Shown here: positions 29,527 to 39,064 of the stretch, piece by piece
How the letters are laid out: each line of letters begins with the position of its first letter
How positions within the stretch are numbered: the first letter of the stretch is position 1
Assembly: GCA_043811375.1 (NCBI GenBank)
Contig: JBDRNJ010000006.1
Span: forward strand, 32,001 to 96,000
Direction: 5' to 3'
From: a bacterium
GTDB taxonomy: Bacteria; Zixibacteria; MSB-5A5; GN15; FEB-12
Length of the DNA: 64,000 nucleotides
Translations under genes and position numbers: made by a program
The notes under the pieces: model-generated
Database searches by the model: none
Told to the model about the DNA's origin: nothing
Seen by the model: the letters and a program-made list of their open reading frames with translations, nothing else

Positions 29527-30522
29527 ATGCGGCATTTAGCGGTTACCAATGGCGAGTTTGTCAGGACCAGTGTCCTGCGTTCGAGGTTACTCAAGTCTGC
29601 CCGCGATTGGTTTGATGAACATTCATTTGTCGAGATTCAGGTACCTCATATTACCGGAGCAACCGGTTCCTGCGAGTGGTTTCCCAACGCCATGCCGGTC
29701 ACGATGTTCGATCAGGATGGTGCCGAGACCACCATGTTCCTGCGGCAGACGGGGCAACTCTACCTGGAAGCCTTCACGGTCGCCCATAACCGTGTCTACA
29801 CCATTGGACCGTCGTTTCGTCAGGAACGCAAGGTAACCGACCGCCACCTGTGCGAATTCACGCTAATCGAGTTTGAGGCTCGGGACCTTGACCTGGACAG
29901 CCTGATGGATCACATTGAGTCGTTGATCAAAACAATGTTTACCGGTGCACAGGAATTGTATCCCAACGGTTTGCTGTCTAAGTACGCACACCTGCCGTTT
30001 AACCGGATATCGTACGCTGACGCAGTTGCTCTTCTGCAGACGAACGGCCACACGATTGAGCTAGGTGATGATTTCGGAAGTGGCGAAGAAGGAGCTCTGT
30101 GCCGGATGCTTCACGATCTGCCAACTTTTGTGACTCATTACCCCTCCAATCCCAGACCGAAAAAGGGCGGCGTGATAAAGTTCTTCTCCATGAAACGCGA
30201 TAACGGGACCACGCTTTGTTGCGACCTGCTGCTGCCGCACGCCGGGGAATCAGTCGGCGGAGCCGTGCGTGAGGGCTGCACCGGGACCTGCAAGAAACAG
30301 TTTGAGGAATCTTACATGTACGACCACCTGGTGGAACGTGGTGTCGATCCGGCCCAGTTTGAGTGGTATTTTGAGACGCTCCAGCAGGCGGATGGTCAGT
30401 CGACCGGATGTGGGATCGGCTTTGAGCGGGTGGTGCAGTCAATCATGGCGACTGAGCAAGGCCACATGAGTATCAAGACGGCTGTGGAGTTGCCGCGATC
30501 ACCGGAGTTCCTGACGCCTTAG
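29527..30522 (+). CDS. AsnRS-like class IIb aminoacyl-tRNA synthetase paralog, catalytic core only
   Basis: FVEIQVP (motif 1), QTGQLYLE, GPSFRQE...RHLCEFTLIEFE (motif 2), GESVGGAVRE, GCGIGFER (motif 3); no N-terminal OB domain; GAGGAG RBS before ATG 29527. Confidence 0.88.
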   Translation: MRHLAVTNGEFVRTSVLRSRLLKSARDWFDEHSFVEIQVPHITGATGSCEWFPNAMPVTMFDQDGAETTMFLRQTGQLYLEAFTVAHNRVYTIGPSFRQERKVTDRHLCEFTLIEFEARDLDLDSLMDHIESLIKTMFTGAQELYPNGLLSKYAHLPFNRISYADAVALLQTNGHTIELGDDFGSGEEGALCRMLHDLPTFVTHYPSNPRPKKGGVIKFFSMKRDNGTTLCCDLLLPHAGESVGGAVREGCTGTCKKQFEESYMYDHLVERGVDPAQFEWYFETLQQADGQSTGCGIGFERVVQSIMATEQGHMSIKTAVELPRSPEFLTP

Positions 30523-30649
30523 AGACGGCAACGGATTCAACTCAGTGGCGGCGGCATGGAAGTATCCAGGGGCGGATTGCCGGGCTTCAGGTAGTCGGTG
30601 AACGATGGCCGGGTCACGGCAGGCGGTCGGGCTGAAGTCTGGTGAAACA

Positions 30650-30722
30650 TGACCCCAACGGGAGTCGAACCCGTGCTTCCGCCGTGAAAGGGCAGTGTCC
30701 TAGGCCACTAGACGATGGGGTC
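30650..30722 (-). tRNA. tRNA-Glu(TTC)
   Basis: minus strand GACCCCATCGTCTAGTGGCCTAGGACACTGCCCTTTCACGGCGG...GGTTCGACTCCCGTTGGGGTCA. Confidence 0.95.
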
Positions 30723-30747
30723 ATATTCGTGACTCTGTCGAGCCTTC

Positions 30748-30775
30748 ATAATACACCTTAATTGCCGCCTGTCAA
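30748..30775 (-). promoter_or_regulatory. sigma70 promoter of tRNA-Glu
   Basis: minus strand TTGACA-N16-TATTAT. Confidence 0.7.
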
Positions 30776-30885
30776 GAAGATTACGGCTCTGAAGGCAGGG
30801 CCGATTCCGGAGTTATTTTCGACTGATCCTGCAACCGATAATATCGGGAGAAACCGACGAAGTCGGGAGTGTGACCAGACGAGCA

Positions 30886-31027
30886 TTTTTCTTGCGCCGT
30901 AAAGAATTCTTTTGAAGCGGTCAGGAAAGGATTCCTGACTGCGTGTAAAAATAGAGGTGACTTGTCACTGGCGATGCCGGCGGCCGGGTCACAACTCACC
31001 CGGAGGCGAGCCAAGACCTGACCGAAC
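30886..31027. repeat. composite REP-like cluster
   Basis: left part is an inverted homolog of 2760-2873; right part is a direct homolog of 21217-21277. Confidence 0.8.
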
Positions 31028-31057
31028 GGTAGACATCCCCGGGGATGACCGGTGGGG

Positions 31058-32455
31058 TTATGGACCCTCTGTGACGATCACGGTATCAACCGCCGCAGCC
31101 GTGCCGCAGCCGTTACTGATGAGCAGGGTCACGGGGTAATGGCCGGTGTCGGCATACTTGTGTGTCGCTGTCGGGCCGGTGGCGGTGGAGTCATCGCCAA
31201 AATTCCAACTCCAGTTCAGAATGACGCCGGGCGAAGCATCATCAAAGGCGAACTCGGTCGTGGTGTCTCCGGTGGTGGGGCCAATGCCGAACGAAACAGT
31301 GTAGAGGGTGTCTGACAGTGTTACAAAACCGGCCTGAACCACTGTAGCCTCACCGCAAGCGCCCCAGACCTGCAGGGTGCAGTCGTATACACCCGGACTG
31401 GTGTAGGCGTGTACCGGATTGGAATCGTTGGCCAGACTGGTACCGTCGCCGAAAAACCAGAGCAGGCTGTCCAGGGCACCGGTTGATTCGCTTTTGAATT
31501 TAACCTGAAACTGTCGAGATGGCAGGTGGCAGCCCTCGGTCGGACTCTCGGCAATGAAATTGGCGTCGGTGGTAGCATAGGCTGTGATGGTGTCGACCGC
31601 TACGGCGGTGCCGCCGTCACTGGTGGCGGTCAGGCTGCAGATGTACACTCCCGCCACGGTGAACGTGATGGTGGTATCCTGGCTGTCGGACGTGGCAACA
31701 TCCCCGAGGGTCCAGTACCAACTCTGCATGGCGTGGTTGGGGCCGGCATCAGATGAATCGCGAAAAACAACTGTCAGAGGTACACATCCCTCGCGTGGAA
31801 TGGCGCTAAAAGCGACCTCCGGACATTCACCTATGTGTATCATGCTGTCGTTGGTAATCACTTTGGTGCCGCAATTGCCCCAGGCCGTCAGCGTTACATT
31901 GAAATACCCGGATGAGTCGTAAATGTGTGTGGGAGTGGTGTCTGTCGACCAGGCGGTCCCGTCACCGAAGTCCCACCGGAACGAATCCACAGCCCCATAT
32001 TCGACCGGTGTGAAGGTGACTTCCAGGCCCTGGCAGCCTTCAGTTGTATCAGCGCTGAAATCTTTTATCGATGTGCCCGCGATTATCGCCCGTTTCTTGG
32101 TTTCTGTATCTATCCCGGAGTCGGCCGAGTTTTTGATCGTAAAGGTCACGTGGTAGATGCCGGCACTGTCGTAGGTGTGAGTTGGTTCGACCACCGTATC
32201 GTTCGTGTCACCGAATATCGAATCACCATCCCCAAACCACCAGAACAGGCTGTCATGCGGTCCGGACGACATGTCCTTAAAACGCACATCCAGTGGGATA
32301 CATCCAGAATCGGTGCTGATTCCAAACTCCGCAGTGGGGTGGCCGGCGATAGTCACTTCGGTAACTTCCGTGATCAGTTCATCACAGCCCGGTACAATTA
32401 GACCCAGGACTGCTGTAACCAGGCCAATTATCACAAGACAGATATTACGATTCAT
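31058..32455 (-). CDS. lipoprotein with about five PKD domains
   Basis: lipobox VPGC; repeated W.FGDG...P.H.Y...G.Y.VTL. Confidence 0.9.
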   Translation of the reverse strand: MNRNICLVIIGLVTAVLGLIVPGCDELITEVTEVTIAGHPTAEFGISTDSGCIPLDVRFKDMSSGPHDSLFWWFGDGDSIFGDTNDTVVEPTHTYDSAGIYHVTFTIKNSADSGIDTETKKRAIIAGTSIKDFSADTTEGCQGLEVTFTPVEYGAVDSFRWDFGDGTAWSTDTTPTHIYDSSGYFNVTLTAWGNCGTKVITNDSMIHIGECPEVAFSAIPREGCVPLTVVFRDSSDAGPNHAMQSWYWTLGDVATSDSQDTTITFTVAGVYICSLTATSDGGTAVAVDTITAYATTDANFIAESPTEGCHLPSRQFQVKFKSESTGALDSLLWFFGDGTSLANDSNPVHAYTSPGVYDCTLQVWGACGEATVVQAGFVTLSDTLYTVSFGIGPTTGDTTTEFAFDDASPGVILNWSWNFGDDSTATGPTATHKYADTGHYPVTLLISNGCGTAAAVDTVIVTEGP

Positions 32456-32637
32456 CCAACCTTCTTTCATGTATGGTGCCTATCGGCGGCTATATAGCCT
32501 TGATACAAGAGCCTGTCAATCATTTACTTGTCATACTCCCGCTGGTGGCCATGGGTTCCAAAGGGGCCGGTCTGTAAAGTAATATGTCCTCGGTGACGAA
32601 AATCTTAGAAAACCGCTTTTTCCATCCGGGAGGACAA

Positions 32638-33771
32638 ATGGGACTACTGATAGAAGTAATCGAATGGGTTGACCCCTCAGGCGAGGAGATGATACACCGC
32701 CTGCCCCAGGAGGGTTCGGCAGACTTCAAGTTGGGCGCTCAGCTTATCGTTCGTGACAGTCAGATGGCGATCTTTTTCAAGGATGGCCATGCCGCCGACT
32801 CTTTCGCCACCGGCCGCCATACATTGAAAACCCTGAATGTGCCGATCCTGACTCGCCTGGCGGCTTTCCCGTTCGGGTTCAACTCGCCATTTAGGGCGGA
32901 AGTCTACTTCGTGAATCTCAAGGTTTTTACCGATCTGAAATGGGGCACCAAACACCCGGTCACGTTCAAGGACAGCAAACTGGGTCTGATCCGCCTGCGC
33001 GGGCATGGCGCGTTTACCATGAAAATCGTTAAACCGAGCCTTTTTCTCAATTCTATCGTAGGCCGGCAGGCACGCTACACCAGTTCCGACATTCAGAGCT
33101 ATCTGCGGGATGTTATTATCGCCCGCATGAACGACCTCCTGGGTGAAAAGCTGGACACGATACTTGATTTGCCGGCTATTTACACCGAGTTGGCCGAACA
33201 GTTCAAAGAGATCGTCAGTAACGAATTCGAAAAGTATGGTCTGGAACTGGTTGATTTCTACATTTCCTCGATCACACCTCCGGAAGAAGTTTCCAAAATG
33301 ATCGATCAGCGCTCTGGATTGGAAGCGGTCGGAGACCTCGACAAGTTTCTCAAGTTCGAGATGGCTAAGGGGATTGGCTCAACAGCCGGGCCGGGGCAGG
33401 CCGGAGCCGGTCTTGGGATGGCCGCCGGTGTGGGGCTGATGATGCCAGCCATGATGTCGAAAGTGTTTGCGCCGGAACAAACTGAGCTCAAGCGCGAGCC
33501 GGTGGCAACAGTTCCCTGCCCCAAGTGCCACACCGATACTCCGGAGCAGTCCCGTTACTGCTATCGTTGCGGGTACACGATGATTCCGCAGAGTCTCTGT
33601 CCGGCCTGCAACCGGGAGCTGCCCACCGAGGCCAACTTCTGCCTGCACTGTGGCGCCCGGCTCGATGCCCGGACGAACTGCCCCCATTGTTCAGCCGACT
33701 TGATAACGGGATCGAAGTTCTGTGGCGAGTGTGGCAAGCCGATCAAGGACAATGACCAGCAGCAGGGATAA
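32638..33771 (+). CDS. SPFH/band-7 (YdjI-like) protein with C-terminal zinc ribbons
   Basis: [36 protein letters not shown]; six CxxC pairs; GGAGGA RBS before ATG 32638. Confidence 0.85.
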   Translation: MGLLIEVIEWVDPSGEEMIHRLPQEGSADFKLGAQLIVRDSQMAIFFKDGHAADSFATGRHTLKTLNVPILTRLAAFPFGFNSPFRAEVYFVNLKVFTDLKWGTKHPVTFKDSKLGLIRLRGHGAFTMKIVKPSLFLNSIVGRQARYTSSDIQSYLRDVIIARMNDLLGEKLDTILDLPAIYTELAEQFKEIVSNEFEKYGLELVDFYISSITPPEEVSKMIDQRSGLEAVGDLDKFLKFEMAKGIGSTAGPGQAGAGLGMAAGVGLMMPAMMSKVFAPEQTELKREPVATVPCPKCHTDTPEQSRYCYRCGYTMIPQSLCPACNRELPTEANFCLHCGARLDARTNCPHCSADLITGSKFCGECGKPIKDNDQQQG

Positions 33772-35161
33772 GAGCGGCTTTTTTATAGGTGTTACCTGCC
33801 CCGGGTGCGGAGGGAAGTTGCAGCTTCAGGAGGATTTCTTTGTCCTCACCTGCTCCCATTGTGGTTCCGCTCTGAGAGTCGTGGCTCCGGACCTGCCACC
33901 GGCCTACCTGGCCACCGGCAGACTGACCCGTCGGGAAGTACGCTTCCATTGCGATCGCTTTCTGAAGGAGAAGGGTCTGCCGCTGACTGACTCCGATCTG
34001 CAGGTCAAGGCGCTGTACTACCCGTATTGGAAAGTCGATGCCGTCCTGTTGAGGAAACGTAACAAGGTGGTCCAGCGGTTTACGTCTGACGATGATGATC
34101 CTTATAACGAGGACAGCAACTCTTACGAACAGAGACGAACCGAAATCAATCTGTCGCCGTTCTGTATCACTCTGCCTGCCGGTTCTCCATTCCAGGGTAT
34201 CCCGGCCTCCCTGGGTTTGCGGACCGAGTGCTTTCAGGTGGTGCCCTACAGCCGGGAGAATATCGCCGAGGGCTTTGATTCACTACCTGTTTTCACCGGC
34301 TGGCCGGAAGCTGTAGATCGGACGATAGCGTCAGCACAGAATGTCGGGCGTATAGCTCCGGCTGATTTCGGTCGCAACCGGACCAGGCTTTTCCGGCCTG
34401 TCGGATCACTGATTTACTTTCCCTATCACGTAGTGGAGTCATACCAGAGCGGACAGTTTCTGCGGCTGGTCGTGGATGGTGTTACGGGACGGGTCGTCAA
34501 CCATGTTACCGAGTTGTCGTCCGGTGATCCGGAGACATCGGTTGAGGTACCGGATTTTGAGTTCGGACAACTGACCGTCAATTTCCACCGCTGTACCAAC
34601 TGCGGCGAAGATCTGCCGACCGAGCAGTCGTATGTATACATTTGTAGGAACTGCCATGTCCTGACTATGCTTGAGACCAATCCGCTGGTGGCGCCTGAGG
34701 TCGATATTGTACAGTCGGCGGCCGGCGACAATGACCGGCTGCTGCCCTTCTGGTCATTCCGGCTGGCCGGTCCCGATGCCGCCCGCGTGCGGCGGCTGAT
34801 GGGCGGTATCTACAATTCTGAGTTCTTCGTTGTTCCGGCCTTCAGATTGAACAATTTCGAGGCGGCTTACCGTCTGTCCAAAAGAATGTCGGCCGCCTGT
34901 GCGAAGCTGGAAATGGCCGTGGTTGCTGGTCCCGACGGTCGCTTTATACCGGTCACTGTCAGCCCCTCTGAGGCTATTATCCTGGGCCAGGCCGTTATCT
35001 ATCGTGAGGAAATCAAAAAGGACGCTCACCGGGAACCGGAGGATATCAACCTGCAGGTCCCGCAGGCGCGGTTGTTCTATGCCCCATTCCACCTGGAGCA
35101 GTACTTCTACGTCGATTCGGCGATAGGTGCTGTGACTGTGGAAAAAAGCCTGGTAGGTTGA
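33752..35161 (+). CDS. zinc-ribbon protein, partner of the SPFH protein
   Basis: CPGCG..CSHCG and CTNCG..CRNC; duplicated YYPYW/LLPFW modules; overlaps upstream gene. Confidence 0.75.
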   Translation: MTSSRDKSGFFIGVTCPGCGGKLQLQEDFFVLTCSHCGSALRVVAPDLPPAYLATGRLTRREVRFHCDRFLKEKGLPLTDSDLQVKALYYPYWKVDAVLLRKRNKVVQRFTSDDDDPYNEDSNSYEQRRTEINLSPFCITLPAGSPFQGIPASLGLRTECFQVVPYSRENIAEGFDSLPVFTGWPEAVDRTIASAQNVGRIAPADFGRNRTRLFRPVGSLIYFPYHVVESYQSGQFLRLVVDGVTGRVVNHVTELSSGDPETSVEVPDFEFGQLTVNFHRCTNCGEDLPTEQSYVYICRNCHVLTMLETNPLVAPEVDIVQSAAGDNDRLLPFWSFRLAGPDAARVRRLMGGIYNSEFFVVPAFRLNNFEAAYRLSKRMSAACAKLEMAVVAGPDGRFIPVTVSPSEAIILGQAVIYREEIKKDAHREPEDINLQVPQARLFYAPFHLEQYFYVDSAIGAVTVEKSLVG

Positions 35162-35333
35162 TCATTTGGGGAACCTGCCGCTCCTTTCGGGGTGTAAAAG
35201 ATCAGAATGTTGTCGCCAATCTCCAAATTGCCTTGCCCTCAAAGTTCCAAATGCCTATGTTCGGTCTGATACTGGTGTTAGAATAAATGCGAGATTGACC
35301 GGGTAGGTCCGATTGACTGTAACGAAAAATAGT

Positions 35334-38054
35334 ATGAGTAGGGAAGGTCTCGTAAAGACCTGCCAAGCCTCTGTCGGAACCACAGGGGTTCCGACCTACA
35401 AGACCACAGGGGTTCAGACCTACCGGACCAGATCGAGAATTACCAATAATATGCTTGTCTGCTGTCTCCTGGCGCTGATGGCTCTGTGGACCCTGCTGCC
35501 GTCATTTGCGGAAGCGGAAGTAGTCCAGTCTTTCGGCGACCCTGACACCGTTTTGGCCAGCAACCAGGTAGCCGATATCATCGGGCATTACCAAGATGGT
35601 GTTATGGGAGTCTGGTTTGCTACATCTGAAGGAGTAAATTTCTCTCTCGATAACGGTCTGACCTGGTATCTCTACAATGCTAACAACGGTTTGGTCAGTG
35701 ACAATCTCTCGGCCATATACTCTTTTAATGACAGCCGCATCTGGATAGCCACCGTAACCGGTTCAGGTGAGAACGCAATTTCCGACGGCCTGTCCTATTC
35801 TGATGATATGGGTCAGAACTGGACCCAGGTGAACTTTGGCGCCGCCGGTGTCAACATTCCCTTTGTCTGGGGCGGCAATCGGACCATTTACGATATTACC
35901 GGTCACCACGATATCGATCATTTTGCCGACACGACTACGGACTGGCTGTTTTTTACGGCGTTCGCCGGGGGGCTGCTGGCGTCGCAGGATGGCGGCACGA
36001 GCTGGCGTCGCATATATCCTTCACCGACGGATTCGATGGATTTCTTCTGGGCTCATAGGGAAGAGGCTACGATAGTACTCTCGCTTCGCAATCGTTATTT
36101 CTCCTGTGTGGCCGACACCTCGCACAACGACTCGCTGTACCTGTGGGCGGGTACTGCCGGGGGGTTGTTTCAGTTTGTTTACTCCTCGCCGCGGCACAAA
36201 CCGTATTCCAGGCAGATAAACGCTATTGCTCTTTGTGACCAATGCCCCGATACCGGCGGTGGTTACATTTTTCTCGGAGGTGACAACGGTATGACCCGCG
36301 GGTTGACGACCGGTGCTCCGTTTATTTCTCGCTTTGAAACGTTCGATAGTCTTCCGGGTCTGTTCATCACTTCTATTATAGACTTTGGCGGTAAGTTGTT
36401 CGTGGGAACTATGGATAGTGCCGGGGGAGAGTCGCAGGGGATAGCAATCTCGGATGACAGCGGCAGCAGCTACACCGCTATTTCACCGCCTTTCCTGGCT
36501 GAACCCAACCAGAAGATTTCAGATTTTGCGGTTATCGGTAACCGCCTTTATGTTGCTGCTGAAGAGGCGGGGTTGTATGTCTCTACCGACAGCGGCGGAA
36601 GCTGGATGTACATTGCGGTCGATACGCTCGATACATCACCGGCCAACCGGCGCAACGTCGTCCACGCTCTCGATGCGCTGGCCGATACGCTTCGTGTCGG
36701 AACCGATTCCGGCCTGGTGACGCTCTACTTAGACGCGCTGGGAGATATAGATTCTTCACGTTTCTACGTTTTCCCCGAGGATGACAGCAGTTCCGCGCAG
36801 GTTATCTGTGTCCGCACCCATCTGTACTACGACACCACTTCCGGCGCCTTTGATTCTCTGGCTGTCTGGACCATCAATCGCCCGCTGACGGTCGACGGCA
36901 CGCCATGCGTCTTCCGATCATCTAACGAGGACAAAGAGTTTTTCTCGACGCGCAACAATGAAGCGAGCAACGATATTGGTTTCATAGGTGACTCGGCGAT
37001 ATTAGTCGGTGACGACGGCCTGCGATACAACCGATACGGCCTGGACACCTGGTCCACGTTTCAGGTCTCTTCTGATAATGATAATCTCAATCAGAACAAC
37101 GTCAAGGCGATGGCTATTCGCGGCGATACGATTGTGATGGGAAGTGACAACGGCTTCGCTATCTCCAATGATCGTGGTGAAACGTTTGATATTTACCGTC
37201 CGCACCCGGATACATTGGGCGCCGATTTTGTGGTCAACTACTCTTCTAATGTGCCGGGGATCACCGGCAACTGGATACCAGCCCTGGGGGTGCAGTACGT
37301 CGAGGGTGAACGCTGGGCACGTATCTGGGTATCGAACAGGCCAACGAACAGTTGGGAGAAAGCGGGCATTTCGGTTGGTATGGTCGTGGGGCTTGATTCA
37401 GCGAAGGAGAATATAGTCGAATACGACCAGGCTGTCTCATTTATATACGCTTGGGCATGGGCTTACCGTGATAATTTCGCCTGGAACTTCGCCTTTAACG
37501 GAGATTCGGTTTTTGCCGCCACCGACGATGGTCTCTTATTGAACTACGGGGATACCGGCATCACTTGGGAGAATATTCCCCTGGTAGATTCGATGGGTGA
37601 AGATCTGGTGTTACCGGGGACACCGGTCTACGCGGTCGAGGTTATAGATGAACATCTCTGGGTCGGCACCGGTGATCGGACAATTCGCTTTAATCTGCCC
37701 ACTATGGAAGTCGACCTGGCGCTCTATGTAGTCGACACAACCGAGGAAGTGTATGCTTTCCCGGTGCCGTTCAGCCACAAGTATCCGCATGATCTTGGTG
37801 TCGATTTTCATTTCTATATTGACCGGGAAGCTTATGTCACGCTGGAGATTTATGATTTCGCCATGAACCTGGTGCGACGGGTGATTGACAATCAGTTGTT
37901 TTCTCCAGGTTACTACCCCCAGGCGGGAGCCAACCGTCGAACCTGGAACGGTCTGAATGAGCGGGGCGATCCGGTGTCGGTAGGTGTTTACTACTTTAAG
38001 ATCGAGTACTCCACGGGTGAAGTTCGCTGGGGCAAACTGGCGGTGATACCGTGA
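35334..38054 (+). CDS. large secreted BNR/beta-propeller protein with FlgD-like C-terminal domain (start uncertain: 35334 or 35451)
   Basis: repeated S.D.G.TW Asp-boxes; AFPVPFS, IYDFAMNLVR, WNGLNERGDPV..GVYYFKI, GKLAVIP. Confidence 0.8.
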   Translation: MSREGLVKTCQASVGTTGVPTYKTTGVQTYRTRSRITNNMLVCCLLALMALWTLLPSFAEAEVVQSFGDPDTVLASNQVADIIGHYQDGVMGVWFATSEGVNFSLDNGLTWYLYNANNGLVSDNLSAIYSFNDSRIWIATVTGSGENAISDGLSYSDDMGQNWTQVNFGAAGVNIPFVWGGNRTIYDITGHHDIDHFADTTTDWLFFTAFAGGLLASQDGGTSWRRIYPSPTDSMDFFWAHREEATIVLSLRNRYFSCVADTSHNDSLYLWAGTAGGLFQFVYSSPRHKPYSRQINAIALCDQCPDTGGGYIFLGGDNGMTRGLTTGAPFISRFETFDSLPGLFITSIIDFGGKLFVGTMDSAGGESQGIAISDDSGSSYTAISPPFLAEPNQKISDFAVIGNRLYVAAEEAGLYVSTDSGGSWMYIAVDTLDTSPANRRNVVHALDALADTLRVGTDSGLVTLYLDALGDIDSSRFYVFPEDDSSSAQVICVRTHLYYDTTSGAFDSLAVWTINRPLTVDGTPCVFRSSNEDKEFFSTRNNEASNDIGFIGDSAILVGDDGLRYNRYGLDTWSTFQVSSDNDNLNQNNVKAMAIRGDTIVMGSDNGFAISNDRGETFDIYRPHPDTLGADFVVNYSSNVPGITGNWIPALGVQYVEGERWARIWVSNRPTNSWEKAGISVGMVVGLDSAKENIVEYDQAVSFIYAWAWAYRDNFAWNFAFNGDSVFAATDDGLLLNYGDTGITWENIPLVDSMGEDLVLPGTPVYAVEVIDEHLWVGTGDRTIRFNLPTMEVDLALYVVDTTEEVYAFPVPFSHKYPHDLGVDFHFYIDREAYVTLEIYDFAMNLVRRVIDNQLFSPGYYPQAGANRRTWNGLNERGDPVSVGVYYFKIEYSTGEVRWGKLAVIP
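35338..35423. repeat. GTAG-type REP element plus partial tandem copy
   Basis: GTAGGGAAGGTCTC...GTCGGAACCACAGGGGTTCCGACCTAC then ACCACAGGGGTTCAGACCTAC. Confidence 0.75.
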
Positions 38055-38061
38055 GGAACCC

Positions 38062-39051
38062 ATGATATTGCGTGCCGGCTACATATCACTGGCGGTTTTA
38101 TTGCTGCTTTGTTCACCTTTGGGAGCAGTTGAAGGCAACGGCGGTTATGCCGGTGCGTTTTTCCAGATTCCGATTGGCGCTCGTCCCACCGGTATGGGCG
38201 GAGCTTATCTGGCCGTCTCAGACGACGGCGCCGGAACGCTGTTTAATCCCGCCGGACTGGCGAATCTGCAAAGGAAACTGTTCTCTACATCCTACCGCTT
38301 TTTGGGACTTGATCGAACCCTGGGATATGCCACCGTCGTCTTTCCATCGCGGGGTCAGTCGGCTATCGGCCTTAACTGGCTTTATGCCGGTTCCGGTGAA
38401 GTTACCGCCCGAGACAGAAACGGCCGTGACCTGGGGCGGACGCTAAGCGAGCATAATCATTCTTTCGGTTTGATTTTTGCCAAGAGGTTTGAAAAGTACC
38501 TCTCGACAGGAATTCATGCCAAGTATCTGCACTCTGTTTTTGCGGAGATGACCGCCTTTTCGCTCTCGTTTGACTTCGGCCTGATGGTGCATGTCAACCA
38601 GTTCTTTGATCGTGAAACCAGAGACCTGATGGCTGTTCAGGATATGCGGATCGGCTTGACCGTTAAGAATATCGCAGCCGAGTATCGTTGGAATAACCAC
38701 AATTATCTCGTTAAGTATCGTAATCCGGAAGCTCTGAGTACCGATCAGGATGACCCGGTTCCCCTCGAGTTCGGTCTGGGAGGATCGGCGCGGTTTCTCG
38801 AACGCAAACTGCTGGCGGCCGTGGACGTGCGGAAAAACACCAAGCAGAGTTTTGATTTCCATGCTGGGGCCGAGTATCAGGTAGCCCCGGAGTTTACCGT
38901 CAGAAGCGGTTTTTCGGCAGGCCGGTTCACGGCCGGGACCGGATACATGTTTGATCTGAAACACTACAAGCTGGCTGTAGACTATGCCTTCTCGACCGAT
39001 AGGGTTGGTGAAGGTTCTGAACATATTTTCTCGATGGATTTTTTGTTCTGA
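38062..39051 (+). CDS. PorV/PorQ-family outer-membrane barrel
   Basis: FFQIPIGARPTGMGGAY.A..DD....FNPAGL; VDYAF; C-terminal DFLF. Confidence 0.82.
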   Translation: MILRAGYISLAVLLLLCSPLGAVEGNGGYAGAFFQIPIGARPTGMGGAYLAVSDDGAGTLFNPAGLANLQRKLFSTSYRFLGLDRTLGYATVVFPSRGQSAIGLNWLYAGSGEVTARDRNGRDLGRTLSEHNHSFGLIFAKRFEKYLSTGIHAKYLHSVFAEMTAFSLSFDFGLMVHVNQFFDRETRDLMAVQDMRIGLTVKNIAAEYRWNNHNYLVKYRNPEALSTDQDDPVPLEFGLGGSARFLERKLLAAVDVRKNTKQSFDFHAGAEYQVAPEFTVRSGFSAGRFTAGTGYMFDLKHYKLAVDYAFSTDRVGEGSEHIFSMDFLF

Positions 39052-39064
39052 TGGCTGGTGAATT

